The notes under the pieces are model-generated. The model was not told the DNA's origin. It saw nothing but the letters and a program-made list of their open reading frames with translations, and made no database searches. Shown piece by piece: positions 50,655 through 62,499 of a stretch of 64,000 bases of DNA. Positions within the stretch are counted from its first letter, which is position 1. Each line of letters opens with the position of its first letter. The position numbers and the translations under genes were made by a program. Origin of the DNA: Octopus sinensis (Eukaryota); assembly GCF_006345805.1 (NCBI RefSeq), contig NC_042997.1, positions 57,226,001 through 57,290,000 of the forward strand. Direction: 5' to 3'.

Positions 50655-52000
50655 TACTAATGTAGGTTAAAAAGAAGTGTTGTACACTAGGAGTCAAGAT
50701 TATAGGAGACAACTGTAGAAAGAAAAGAACTTGGTAGGATGAGGTGGCAGTTAGAGGAAAAAATTAAAATTCAGGTATTATTATAAATGAGATAATACAG
50801 AGTACAGAAATAATTAAAAAAATCTAGCATCAATAAAAGCCAAAGGAGAAGCTTCTGTGTAGTCACACAATCTACTAGAGATAGTGGCCAAATCTCCTTC
50901 AAATCACGATCTATTGTTTGAAAAAAGGGCAGAGAAATTATATAATATAGTAAATATACTATATCAGAAAAATAACAGACAAAATGGCTATGACTAGAAA
51001 TATTTGTGATTATATGAGGTGGTATCAAAATGTTCCAGGACTAGTTCTGTAGTGGCCAACAGATGGCAGCACATGAGAGCTAGCAGTGACTTTCATAAAG
51101 TAATATGTTGAGTGGCACCTCTATGTTTACTTTGCAAGTTATGAAATTTGTGTTTTTGTGATCATGTGTATGCTGTTGTTGACAATTTTGTCATAGACAG
51201 GAACAAGGACCCAATGTGAAATTTTGCATTAAACTCTGCTACAGAGACACTGAGCAGGCTTCAGCAAGCTTACGGTGATGAGGCAAGGAATTGTATGCAA
51301 TGTATTGAGTGGCATGGCTGCTTCAAAAGTGGAAGAATGTTCATGGATGATGATCACGAGTGATCTGGTAGACCTGCCATGAGTGCCACCCCCAGAAATT
51401 TGATATTGTGCATCAAGAATTTGTGCCCCGGAGCCAGACCATCAATTGAGAGTTCTACTGTGACATTTTGAAGCACTTGAGGTAGAACATTCAGTGAAAG
51501 CGACCGGATCTGTGGAGCACAAAGAATTGAATTCTTCACCAAGCTCTCCACACTCGTGAGTTTCTCATCAAAACCATAGTATCACTTTCACACCTGTCCT
51601 AGTCACTAGATTTAGCACCTGCAGCATTCCGTCTCTTCCAAGATGAAAATGCAGCTTAAAGGTCACCATTTTAACACTTGTCAAGATCCAGAACAAATTG
51701 CAGAAGGTCCTCAACTTACGAAAAATTACTTCCAGGCCGGATTCCGAAAGTGACAGAAATGCTGCACAAGGTGACTATTTCAAAGGAGATAATGTTAAAA
51801 CTAAGGTAAGTAGGCGCAGGAGTGGCTGTGTGGTAAGTAGCTTGTTTACCAACCACATGGTTCCGGGTTCAGTTCCACTGTGTGGCATCTTGGGCAAGTG
51901 TCTTCTACTATAGCCTCAGGCCGACCAAAGCCTTGTGAGTGGATTTGGTAGACGGAAACTGAAAGAAGCCCGTCATATATATATGTATATATATATATAT

Positions 52001-52650
52001 CAGAACTCTTTGACTGCTATTTCTAAACTCGGTGTGTGGTGAGGCAAATCGTTGCTAAACCCTTAATTACTTAGTATTACTTAAACCTCCCTCGAATGGG
52101 GCTTTTACATGCCGAAATCTACTTGGTGAAATTAATGATTATTCCAAATTAATTAGTTTCACCCTATATTATTACTGATAACCATATTTCATCCCAGTAA
52201 ATAACCACAACATCTTATCCTGGCAGCACGTTGGTGGGAGGAGGTTGGTGACACAAACTTTCATTCACACTTTGAATTTGGTGATACTGGTAACGGCTTA
52301 AGCTCGCTCTGATACCATGAGTTGAGGTGATGTCTTCTAGTACCTCCAAATTTAATATACAATTATTCATAATTGTAGAGTCCTACGCTGATGAGAAAAA
52401 TAGTTGGGTAAGACATAATTATCTAATTTTTATGCTTTCCTAAGACTTAATTTTGAAACGTACGTCCGTAGGTGACTTAATATAGAATGATTGTCGTCAT
52501 TTCTTTCTCTTTTGCCTGCGTTTGCCTTTTAAGTGCTGTGATTTTACTGAGATCTCCCTTTTAAGTAGAAAGAATAGCCAGAACTCTTTGACTGCTATTT
52601 CTAAACTCGGTGTGTGGTGAGGCAAATCGTTGCTAAACCCTTAATTACTT
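52001..52650 (+). mobile_element. 650-bp element with exact 72-bp terminal direct repeats and an internal hammerhead ribozyme (retrozyme- or Penelope-like)
   Basis: 52001-52072 is identical to 52579-52650. It is inserted in (TA)n, with an HHR at 52378-52478. There is no ORF of 60 aa or more in the ORF track. Confidence 0.8.
52378..52478 (+). ncRNA. Type I hammerhead ribozyme with extended stem II
   Basis: Stem I CCTACG (52382-87) pairs with CGTAGG (52467-72), extended past a TG bulge by GAGT/ACTT. Core CTGATGA at 52388-94. The 60-nt stem II includes TTGGGTAAGACATAA/TTATGCTTTCCTAA. GAAA at 52455-58, palindromic stem III ACGTACGT, and a GUC cleavage site after 52466. Confidence 0.85.
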
Positions 52651-53599
52651 TGTATATATATATATATATATGTATGTGTGCGTGTGTCTGTCCCCTCCCA
52701 ACATCGCTTGACAACCAATGCTGGTGTGTTTATGTCCCCATTACTTAGCGGTTCGGCAAAGAGACCGATAGAATAATTACTGGGCTTACAAAAGAATAAG
52801 ACCCGGGGTCGAGTTGCTCGATTAAAGGCGGTGCTCCAGCATGGCCACAGTCAAATGACTGAAAAGAGTAAAGAGTAGGTGAATTAATTTTTATTAAACA
52901 TAACTAGTCTGGGAACCTTTTGATAACACCTTGTAACTCTGCTTCATTAAAGATGACTCAATTAAAAACAATAAATCAAAGGTAACAAGCCTCTACACAA
53001 ATGTTAGACTTGATAGAAATAGTAGCAAAATCTCCATTGAATCACCCCATAGCATCTTAAAAAGAACAAAACAAAAATAAAAGACACTCAATAATTTAGT
53101 TCTTGATATCAAAAAAGTGATGGGATGGTCATAGTTGGAAAGTCTTTGGTCATAGGTTCTGCTTAGTAGAGCTTAAAGACAGTAACAAATCACTGCTAAC
53201 TTGGGAGAATAGGACAGGATGATAATAATAACAATAAGGACAATACTGGTCATAATAATGAGAATGTTGGAAATACAGGGTATTTGGGATAAATTTGACA
53301 ATTTTTTGTTTCCTTTTTTCAGGAAATAGCTTGATGTTTTGGTGAACAATCAATGTTGTTGGAGAGCATAAAGTTTAAGGTGGAGTTGAGAAAAAGTTAG
53401 CTGACATGGAGGACAGGAAACCATCTGAATCTTGGGCAAGGATTACCTGTATCATGATGATTCATGCCAGGTATCAAAATGCCATCACTGTTGCTTAATG
53501 TTCTGTGAACACTGTAAAGTTGTAATATGTGACATGGACAGCTGCAATGGAGACTACAAAACTGTAGCTAGCAGGAAGGACACTACAGGCATTCCGGCT

Positions 53600-54090
53600 G
53601 TGTCTACTTGTTGGAATTCATCCCCACATCTTTGAACAGGACTTTATGCTCAATTCAGACGGTTGTGTGAAGCTGCAGGAGATTGTGGTCAAGCCCTGGC
53701 TGGAAAGGATTGCTTCTGGAAGGCCATATACATGGCAGTAGGATTCAGCTCCTTGCCATACCTCCAGAAAGAGCTTGAAGTGGTTGTCAGATAATTTCTA
53801 TCGTTTCACCAGTCTAATTTCTGGCCTCCTAATTCTACCAATTGTAAGCCCATGGATTACTATATGTGGAATGCAGTTGAGAAAGACACTAACCATTCTG
53901 TTTGCAACATCAAAGCCAAGATCAAGGTGTTCAAAGATCTTCCCAGGGATGCTAAGAGGAATGCATGCACCAGGTTTCAGAGCCATCTTGAGGCTGTGGT
54001 GAAAGTTGAAGGCAGCTAGTTTGAGTAAACTGTTATCTCCTAGTCATAATCTAGTAGAGACTTTGATTTTTAAAATACTTTTATTCTTGG
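53600..54090 (+). mobile_element. Tc1/mariner (maT/DD37D-like) transposase C-terminal fragment
   Basis: KPWLERIASGRPYTWQ*DSAPCHTS and NFWPPNSTNCKPMDYYMWNAVE, which resembles WPP.SPDLNP.DY..W. Confidence 0.75.
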
Positions 54091-55084
54091 ATGGGATATC
54101 GTATTTTCTCTTCTTTTTATTCAAACTGTCAAATTTAGCCTGAACAATCTGTAATCATATTGATATGATAATAATGATAGTGATGATCATGCACTGAAAA
54201 ATTCTTTGTAGTTAATTTAATAATTAAAATATTGATTTGATTAATAATTTAAATACTTTTCTAGAACTTCATAAAATTCTATTAATACACCACACACAAT
54301 TACAGATGAGCTAAAAAGCTATCAACTGGATTATCAAACTGGTCATTCAAGTTGCTCGAAATATCAGTCAAATTTCCTCATAATCATATCCCATTGTCTT
54401 AGAAAAGGGCATACTGGAATGTGATCCTGAGTTCCATTTTTATAGGATAAAAAGAGATTTGTCATGATCGGAATGCTTTTGATTATAGGTCTACTTCATT
54501 GGGGCTAACCTGGGGTTTAACATCAACAATATAATTATAGAAACACATACATAATTGTTACTGGTGTTGCAGTGTGTTGCACTGCATGTACTACAGTGAG
54601 ACTATGTGAAAAAAAATTTTCCCCCATCCCACAGTACTGAGCATTGAAAAAATGCTGTAAAGAAATTAAAAAAGAAAAATCAAGAAATCATTGTTAAAAG
54701 AAGATGATGGGAAGAGAGACAAAAATCCCCAATAAAGCTATCTAAACTCCAGGACATCAGCATAACATTGTGTGTGTATGTGTGTGAGAGAGAGAGAGAG
54801 AGAGAGAGTGCATGTGCATATGTGTGAAGGTGATTGGATGAATGTATCTATGTCTATAAATCTCTCTGAGTGTGCATCTGTCTATCCTATGTTCTTTCTA
54901 GATGTTCAAAAGTATGTTGTGCACAATTGTCGAAGATATTGTCCAAGATTCAAAAAGGCCAACTTACAAGCTTTATCTTGAAACTTTGTATGCAATGAGG
55001 GATAGTGGCCAGTTTAATAATAATAATATTTTTTTTAAATCATTTATTGTACACCTTCAATATGTTTATACTTCATTATGTGTA

Positions 55085-55465
55085 TCATCATCATTTTGAT
55101 ACCCATTTTTCCATGTTTGCACGAGTCAGAAAGAACTTGCTGAGGCAAATTTTCTTTGATTGGATAACCTTCCTGTCACCAACCCTCACCCATTTCCAAT
55201 TAAGGTAATATTTCCCTGTCACCAGACATGTTGTCACAGAATACTGGAAACAAACGACACCACTTGCATGATGGTGACACTTGTTTACAACTATCACATG
55301 TCAAGGCCAGGAAACAGTAATACACACAGATCCATACATATACTTATATACAATGAACTTCTTTCTGTTCCTGTCTACCAAATCCACTCACAAGGTATCA
55401 CAGTGGGACTGAACCTTAAACAATCTGGTTGGGAAGCAAATATCTTACTATACAACCATGCCTGC
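55085..55465 (-). mobile_element. SINE family B (tRNA head plus RTE-like tail)
   Basis: CATCATCAT tail, TTTTTCCATGTTTGCACG hairpin remnant, CCTTCCTGTCACCAACC, and a head shared with family A. Confidence 0.7.
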
Positions 55466-56119
55466 CTGCACTTTTATAAATTTAAATAAACAAAGCAACC
55501 ATTATGCCACAATGGACAAAGTGCAAAATGACCACTTACAGGTATTTTCATCAACCATCATAAGTCACGTGTATTAAACATCTTTGTAAGTTTTGCAAAA
55601 TATATCATCCACTCCTAATCATGAGTTGATCACTCCTAATCAAGCAGCCCAAGGATCAAAGGATTTCCTGCCATAATATATCCCCTTACTTGATGTTAAA
55701 ACAATAAGGTGAGATTTAAAGATGAATTGGTTGGTAATTCTGGCAGGTCAAACAATCACAGTGGTTCCTAAACTGACTCACATGATAGTAAGTGTAAAAA
55801 CTCTACTGTTACTCAAAATAACAGTAAACATTATTACTCAATGCATTCACCTATTAAAAATTACTCCAACATTCCAGTTAATATCAAACAGCAATAATAT
55901 ATGTCAAAACTAATTTAAGTATGTATTTAATACATATTTTAATTAAAGTGAAATGCTTTGCAGTATTTTGTCTATCCTTTGTTCTGGGTTCAAATTTCAC
56001 CAAGGTCAACTTTGCCTTTCGACCTTTAAGGGCCAATAAAATAAGTACCAGTTAAATACTGGGGTCAATGTAATTGATCTAACTATTCCTGAGTAAGAGT
56101 ATAAAACCTGTGCCCCTCT

Positions 56120-56440
56120 GCCAAGCCATGTCAAACCAGTGTGGCAGAGTAGGCTCATCAAACCAGTATCATTTCAAGCTCAAACTCATGGCCTACACAT
56201 CAAACCCTAATTGGTGGAGAGAACATACTGAGGCCTTCGTTCTGAAGTGGACTGAATATAAGCAATCCAATCGAATGTATTTAATAAAAGATTCCTTAGA
56301 TTTTGTTTTCTCATTTGGTCTGGAAGAAGAGACTGTACCCATGGCCATCATAAGCCTTCTGAGACCAGCCAGATTGACTGAAGTACAAGGGCACACATTG
56401 TTGGGAGTATGGAGAGAACAGCTGATTAGACTGACCCTTC
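56120..56440 (-). mobile_element. Possible CRE-like RT C-terminal fragment between two family C SINEs
   Basis: Weak motif resemblance only (LDCLYSVHFRTKAS..LGFDV, TLP..GLG-like). Confidence 0.25.
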
Positions 56441-56778
56441 TATTTCACTGGCATTTCATTTTATCAAAAAGAATGAAAGGCAAAGTCAACCTTAGCAGGA
56501 TCTAAACTCAGTGTATAAAAGAAGACAACTAAATACTGCACAGCATTTTTCTGTAACACTCAACTGATTCAATCAGTCCTCTGTCCTTATGTGTTTATAA
56601 AAACTTCAAAACAATCCTTACTTTGCAGTTTATATGTCATCTTTGAATTTAAAAAGGAATACATATATATAAAAAAAAAAAAAAGGATGACAAAAATTAT
56701 TGATTAAATTGTTCCAGTTAGGCAAGTTAGAAATTTATTTACATCTGACGGTTATTTGTCCTCATGTTGTTTGTTGTT

Positions 56779-56824
56779 AACACAATGTTTCGGCTGATAT
56801 ACCATCCAGCCTTCATCAGGTGTC
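56779..56824 (-). ncRNA. Minimal type I hammerhead-like motif (inverted copy)
   Basis: Reverse complement reads GACAC-CTGATGA-A-GGCTG(loop)CAGCC-GAAA-CA-TT-GTGTT. Stem I is intact and the stem III palindrome is broken. Confidence 0.55.
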
Positions 56825-56861
56825 TGGGGGGAAATTTCGAACCTGGGTTCTCATTCCCCAA

Positions 56862-56907
56862 GACACCTGATGAAGGCTGGAGGGTATATCAGCCGAAACG
56901 TTATGTT
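56862..56907 (+). ncRNA. Minimal type I hammerhead-like motif
   Basis: GACAC-CTGATGA-A-GGCTG(loop)CAGCC-GAAA-CG-TT-ATGTT. Stem III is the palindrome ACGT, and the first pair of stem I is mismatched. Confidence 0.6.
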
Positions 56908-57196
56908 AACAACAAACAAGATGAGGACAAATATCTGCCAAATGTAAATAATGTACATAATTCCTCATCTCTCAAATATAGAACTGTAAGTTAGAAATTG
57001 ATTTAAAATATATTTGTTTGGCTGTCATAATTCATTAAGCTGAAAGGGTTTCACTGTTCTAGTTAACATAACATTATATCCACATGCATAAAAAATACAT
57101 ATAAAGAATAATCTTTATTGAAAAAGGTGATCCAAGAAACTTCCCTATTACTTAGAAAAGAAAAGTTTTCAAAGAAATTCATTGTTTTCACTTTTG

Positions 57197-57579
57197 CAGA
57201 GTAGCAAAAAAGTTTTTAAAAAAAACTTCACCACAATGTACACACGTAGTTGTGTGGTTAAGAAGCTCACTTTGCAACCATGTGGCTTTAGGTTCAGTCC
57301 CTTTCATGGCACCTTGGGCAAGTGTCTTCTACTATAGCCCCAGGCCAACCGATGCTTGCTTTGTAAGTGAACTTGGAAGAGGGAAATTGGGTAGAAGCCC
57401 ATCATGTGTGGGCAATTTCCTTCCAAGTTCACTTACAAAGCAAGCATTGGTTGGCCTGGGGCTTTAGTAGAAGAAAAGGACTGAACTTGAAGCCACATGG
57501 TTGCAAAGTGAGCTTCTTAACCACACAACTACGTGTGTACATTGAAGTGAAGTTTTTTTGCTACTCTGAAAATGTGTAG
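57197..57579. repeat. Long inverted duplication of a SINE A head plus its unique 5' flank
   Basis: Arms such as CAATGTACACACGTAGTTGTGTGGTTAAGAAGCTCACTTTGCAACCATGTGGCTT have an exact reverse complement ending near 57544. The flank CAGAGTAGCAAAAAA is mirrored by TTTTTTGCTACTCTG. The SINE 3' half follows at 57585-57775. Confidence 0.9.
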
Positions 57580-57792
57580 GTGTTTATATTTGTCCCACCA
57601 CTACTACCATCACTGCTACTTGACAACTGTATTGGCTTATGTCCCCACAATGGTTTGGCAAAAGAGACTGATAGAATAAGCAGCAGACTTAAAGACAACA
57701 AGCATTGGATTCACTAAACCCACCAAGGTAGCACCCCAGCTTGGCTATAGCCTAATGATTGAAACAAGTAAAAGATATCTTCCATTTGTTCA

Positions 57793-57926
57793 AGAGTGGC
57801 TGCATGGTAAGAAGCTTGCTTCCCAACCAAGTAGTCTTAGGTTCAGTGCCATTGCTTAGCCCCTTGAGCAAGTGCCTTCCATCAAAGCCTTGTGAGTGAA
57901 TTTGGCAGGCAGAAACCGAAATAAAC

Positions 57927-57960
<34 letters not shown>

Positions 57961-58132
57961 ATACATTGCTTCGCAACTGGTATCAGTTTGTTCATGTTCC
58001 CATAACTTAGTAGTTCAGAAAAAAGAGACCAATTGGAAAAAAATAAGAACTGAGGTTGTTTCATTCAACTAGATCCTTCAAGGTGGTAACCCAGCTTGGC
58101 TGCAGTCCAAAGACTGAAACAAGTAAAAGATA
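57793..58132 (+). mobile_element. SINE family A, degenerate, with (GT)n at 57929-57958
   Basis: Head GAGTGGCTGCATGGTAAGAAGC and tail GACTGAAACAAGTAAAAGA. Confidence 0.8.
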
Positions 58133-61100
58133 ACAACAAAAGACTTTTATTCTGCTTTCATCTAGGTATTACCACATAGCAGTTGGCAGAGCTATCTATC
58201 TAATCCTGATCAACAAAGTCACCTCAAAAACATCAAGGTTGAGTTATATTTGACAACTGATTGTTTAAATACAGATGCCAAATCATGTATTAACGTATAA
58301 ATTATAAAGAAATGTAAAATTAACCAAACAAAACTGAACTCTGCCAATATTGATATATCTAAAGCTGGAAACCATTTTCAGGTAATGTTTTACTCTTTTT
58401 CAAGAATTTCCACCATTTGAAATAGATTGGTCATAGATATATATCCTCTCAGATTGAAATTTACACGTTTCCTCTTCCTTTTTGCAGGAATATTTCTGCT
58501 CAATTAAATATAAATAAACATATTTAAAGATATCTTCCAATGGGTTTGTTGTAACAATGTTTATCCAGTTACAGCTATAGTTTCATACAACCCTTTATGT
58601 CTGGAATATTTATGTGACTAAATAACCAAGCTGTTACATCAAACTAGCAGCCAACTTAAATAGATTTAATCATCTGCATGTATGCAATAATAAAAGCATA
58701 ATAATAATGATATCATATTTCCAGAAAATGAATTTGTTTTGTTTCTTTTCTTATTCAAGAATTGCATCTAATACCATTTACAAAGCTTGTTCCTGTATCA
58801 GGATCATAATCTTTATTAATAGAGTCTAGAATTCTATTTAAACCTTCAGGGACTGATTCTGCATTCTTGTTACTATCAGTATTTGTGTTATTATTTATTC
58901 GATTGATACAGGTGAGTCCACCCTAATCAATCTTAAGAATCACAACTATGTTGTTTCCTGTTTGAAATATAAGTAAAACTTCTTGTGGTTCATTATTTCT
59001 TCTGCATCAATATCAAACTAGAGATGTAATTCCATAAGGCATTGTTGTTGGTGGTTGCGTTTAAAACCAATCAAAGCTGATAGACTAAAACATTTTCTGG
59101 AGTGGAGGATTGTTCAATGACTCAAAAGCATACAGCTTAAATAAACATTCATATAACCTTCACTTGATTATGCATTTAAACCTATTTTAAACACTTGCAA
59201 GCATTCTTTCAGCAATTTCATTTGATTCTAAATGATATGGAAACATTTTTATAAGTTTACATCCAATCTTATCAAGCTTTATACAAAAATCTGTCATAAA
59301 ATCCACAAGCATTATCAGACACTCAAGTTTCTGCAACATTATTACTGGCAAACATAGTTCCTAATAATGTCTGTTTCTGCTTCTTTATACTTTTATTACT
59401 TCTTGCCACTTGTCATATACATCAACAATTATTAAAAATAGGCTGTAATTCTTGACATAAGCATGATCCATATGCACTCACAAGTAAGATGTGCCTCACC
59501 ACAGCCTTTCTAAAAGGGCAGAAATGACCAATTAACCCATGTCAGCATGGAAAGCTGACATAAAATGGTGATGATAATGATAATCTATACTTTATTTTCT
59601 TTAAACATATATTCAGTGTGAGATAATTCCAGTTTTATTCAAGCATATGTCAGATATCTCTTTACACAGCATTCCACATCTTCATGTTAACCTGACTGCC
59701 ATGTTTCCAATTCCAACAGGTTCCTTATTGTTGGTGAACCACAAAGTGCATCATCATACAGATGGGTGGAACAATATTCCATTATATAAAGTACCAGCTT
59801 CAATGATTAGCTTATTTTTTAATGATTTAAATAGCCCTTCAATAACAGAACAATTGTTACAATTATCAATAAAATAAACCATAAATCTTTAGTTAAATAT
59901 ATTCAATGAGAATATTATATACTGAATTTATATTGAGTGCTCTATTGTATCAAAGTATTAATACTATTAAAGTATTTATGTATTTAATATGAGCGATTAT
60001 ATATATTTTATAATATATTATTATTACAGAAGACTAACCAAGAAAGCATATATGGATTTAAAGACTCTCATACTAAAGTGTACTTACTAAAATCAAAAGC
60101 AGTAATTTTTAATTTATATTTCAAGCAAACACCCTTTTATAGTATTACTTCATATTTAAAAAACTACCATTCAATATATTATACAAAATTCAAATTTTAT
60201 ATCTCTGAAGAGCAGAAGAGTTGTCTATAAATGCTTACCAATATAGGATTTCATTATAGGGACAGCACTTCTGTAAAACGATCCTAAGATGCTCTAAAAA
60301 CTTAATTCAAAACTTGTAAACTGTCATATATATTTATACTTATACATTTTTACATATATTTATATTTTTAATACAACAATTATTTTACATATGTATATAT
60401 CTTTCTGAAGAATTTTCTAATATTGATTTCCTTATATATAATAATAATATATATTAAAATAAATCAGATAAAATAAACCAGTTTCCAATTCCATATTTTC
60501 ATGTTTTTCAACATCAGTTTGTGAAATATGGCTGAGAGAATTGTGATCATATATATCCTAATAAACATTATCACTAAATGCCAACTGTGATAATGCCTAA
60601 ACTCATGATATTTGAGAACTTTTGTATAAAGATGCTTCATAATTAAATGCTGTCATTTGCAAGGCTCATCTTAAAATATATATGGATGATACCTTTAGTA
60701 ATCCATAATTTTTGCAAAGTATAAATTCTAGTGGCCTCTTTTCTGAAACTAATTTAAATTCTTTGCCATGTAAAAAAATGCTTTACTCTTTGAGTACACT
60801 ATAAAATTGCCAAAAGTTCCTTTTCAATATTGAGTATCTTATTTCAGCTTTGATTAATATCCTTGGCAAATATTATTGCAGGATGGTCAGCTAGTGAAAG
60901 TTTTCCTGATATTTTCTTTTTACTTGCAACAGTTAAGATAACCCCTTCCATGATATAAATCTAGGCCACTGGTTTTGAAACTAGCATTAACATTATCTAC
61001 TGAAATGCCTTTTATTGTTGGGCCTCCTACATTTATGAAGTGATGCAAAAAGTGATATACAATCTGAATTATGATCAATAAATGAAAAACAAACCTGAGA

Positions 61101-62499
61101 AATGACTATAATTGCTTGTCCTTTAGCAGTTTTACATCCATAATTTTCTTTCTCTTTATAGATATAGCTTGAATGATTACCCTGTCTGATAATTGCAAAC
61201 TTTTTTTATGATCTTATCTACCTTGATATAAATTTTCAGTTCTAGCACCAATACATATATCATCTTGATAAAAGTAATACAATCTATGTAATTACCATCA
61301 TGTTCAACTGCACTCAGGAATATAACACTGGCTGTTTTAATTCCATATAAAATACATATATAACTTGAAAGGCCCACATATATTGGCAATGGTCTTGTTT
61401 CAAAATAAATGGTTTGATTCTTCCTTTGGGAAGATGCTCACCTTCAAACTTCTTAATCTGCCAAATTGTCCTGGGGTGTCAAGCTCATGAATTGATGTTG
61501 AGCTATTGACATTCATTCCAAACAAACCATGATTTTGCCTTTTTTTTTTTTTTTAACATTCTACAATAATATTCACAATCTCATACTCTTATCAATTTCC
61601 ATTAATGCATCAAATTTTCCCACAATTTCAGTGAGCCATCAAACTAGTTTAGTTGGAGATCAGACTTTCTTATTATTGTCATGTAGTTACTCATTGCCAA
61701 TTATTGTAGTATCACCACTATTTATGACGATACTTATTTACACTATAACCATGTAGTAACAAAATATATAATAAAGCAGAGTAACAACAACATAACAATC
61801 CAACAAACTCTCCATGAACTAGACACAATCAAACAAACAATATTCAGACAAACTACCAAAATACACCTTATGACTTCCTGCAATTAACACATACTCTCTC
61901 TTATCTCACTCAGACCATTACTATTTATAGTCATTCAATCAAATCTATACTCGCAAGGAGTGTCAAGGCTCTTGCCACATTTATGTTTGGTTTATTCAAA
62001 TCCATCCAGAAATTTCAAAGTATCTTAATACTGCATTGTAAAATCAACTTTGATCATAGTAGTATTTCAGGCCAAATTCCTAAATACTTAAACTAGAATT
62101 TATGCTTTGCAAAAATTGTGGTCTACCAAAAATTACTCTCTTCAAGAGAAACTTCATCTAAAAGGCCTTTGTTAAGTTTAAGACTAAATTAAATTTTTTA
62201 GGCCAAAAATTGTGCCAAATCTTTTTGATTTTTTAAAAAATATTTTATTTATTATTTTTTTTTTTTGTGGAGAGGAATGCACAAGGTAGATTGTCATACT
62301 GTATGAGTGTGATTTTCTTTTGTCATATTCAATATACATTTTACCAAACAGGAGATTTTGATGGTACATACTTATATAGAGAGAAGTGACATTTATAATC
62401 AGATTTATTCTTGTCTTTATCAACAGGTGACACAATAACACCATTTCCACTTATTTCAATTATCTGAAAATTAGAATTCATTTAATATATACATTAAGC

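Larger units (their letters stand above)
51812..52876 (+). mobile_element. SINE family A, full length, interrupted at its (TA)n tract
   Basis: tRNA-like head AGGCGCAGGAGTGGCTGTGTGGTAAG..GGGTTCAGTTCC (A and B boxes). The body resumes after 52650 and ends in the AAGAGT repeat tail. Confidence 0.9.
51015..52933 (+). mobile_element. Deleted mariner (irritans-like) carrying nested insertions
   Basis: TA|TGAGGTGGTATCAAAATGTTCCAGGACTAGTT and AACTAGTCTGGGAACCTTTTGATAACACCTTG|TA. Transposase remnants NVKFCIKL, ATETL..LQQAYGDEA, SGRP and DLAPA.F.LF. Confidence 0.85.
56736..56987. mobile_element. Foldback Penelope-like terminal element with two inverted minimal hammerhead motifs and a 12-bp TSD
   Basis: About 95-bp inverted arms (56737-56832 and 56853-56949). 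AAGTTAGAAATT is duplicated at 56724-56735 and 56988-56999. Confidence 0.75.
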
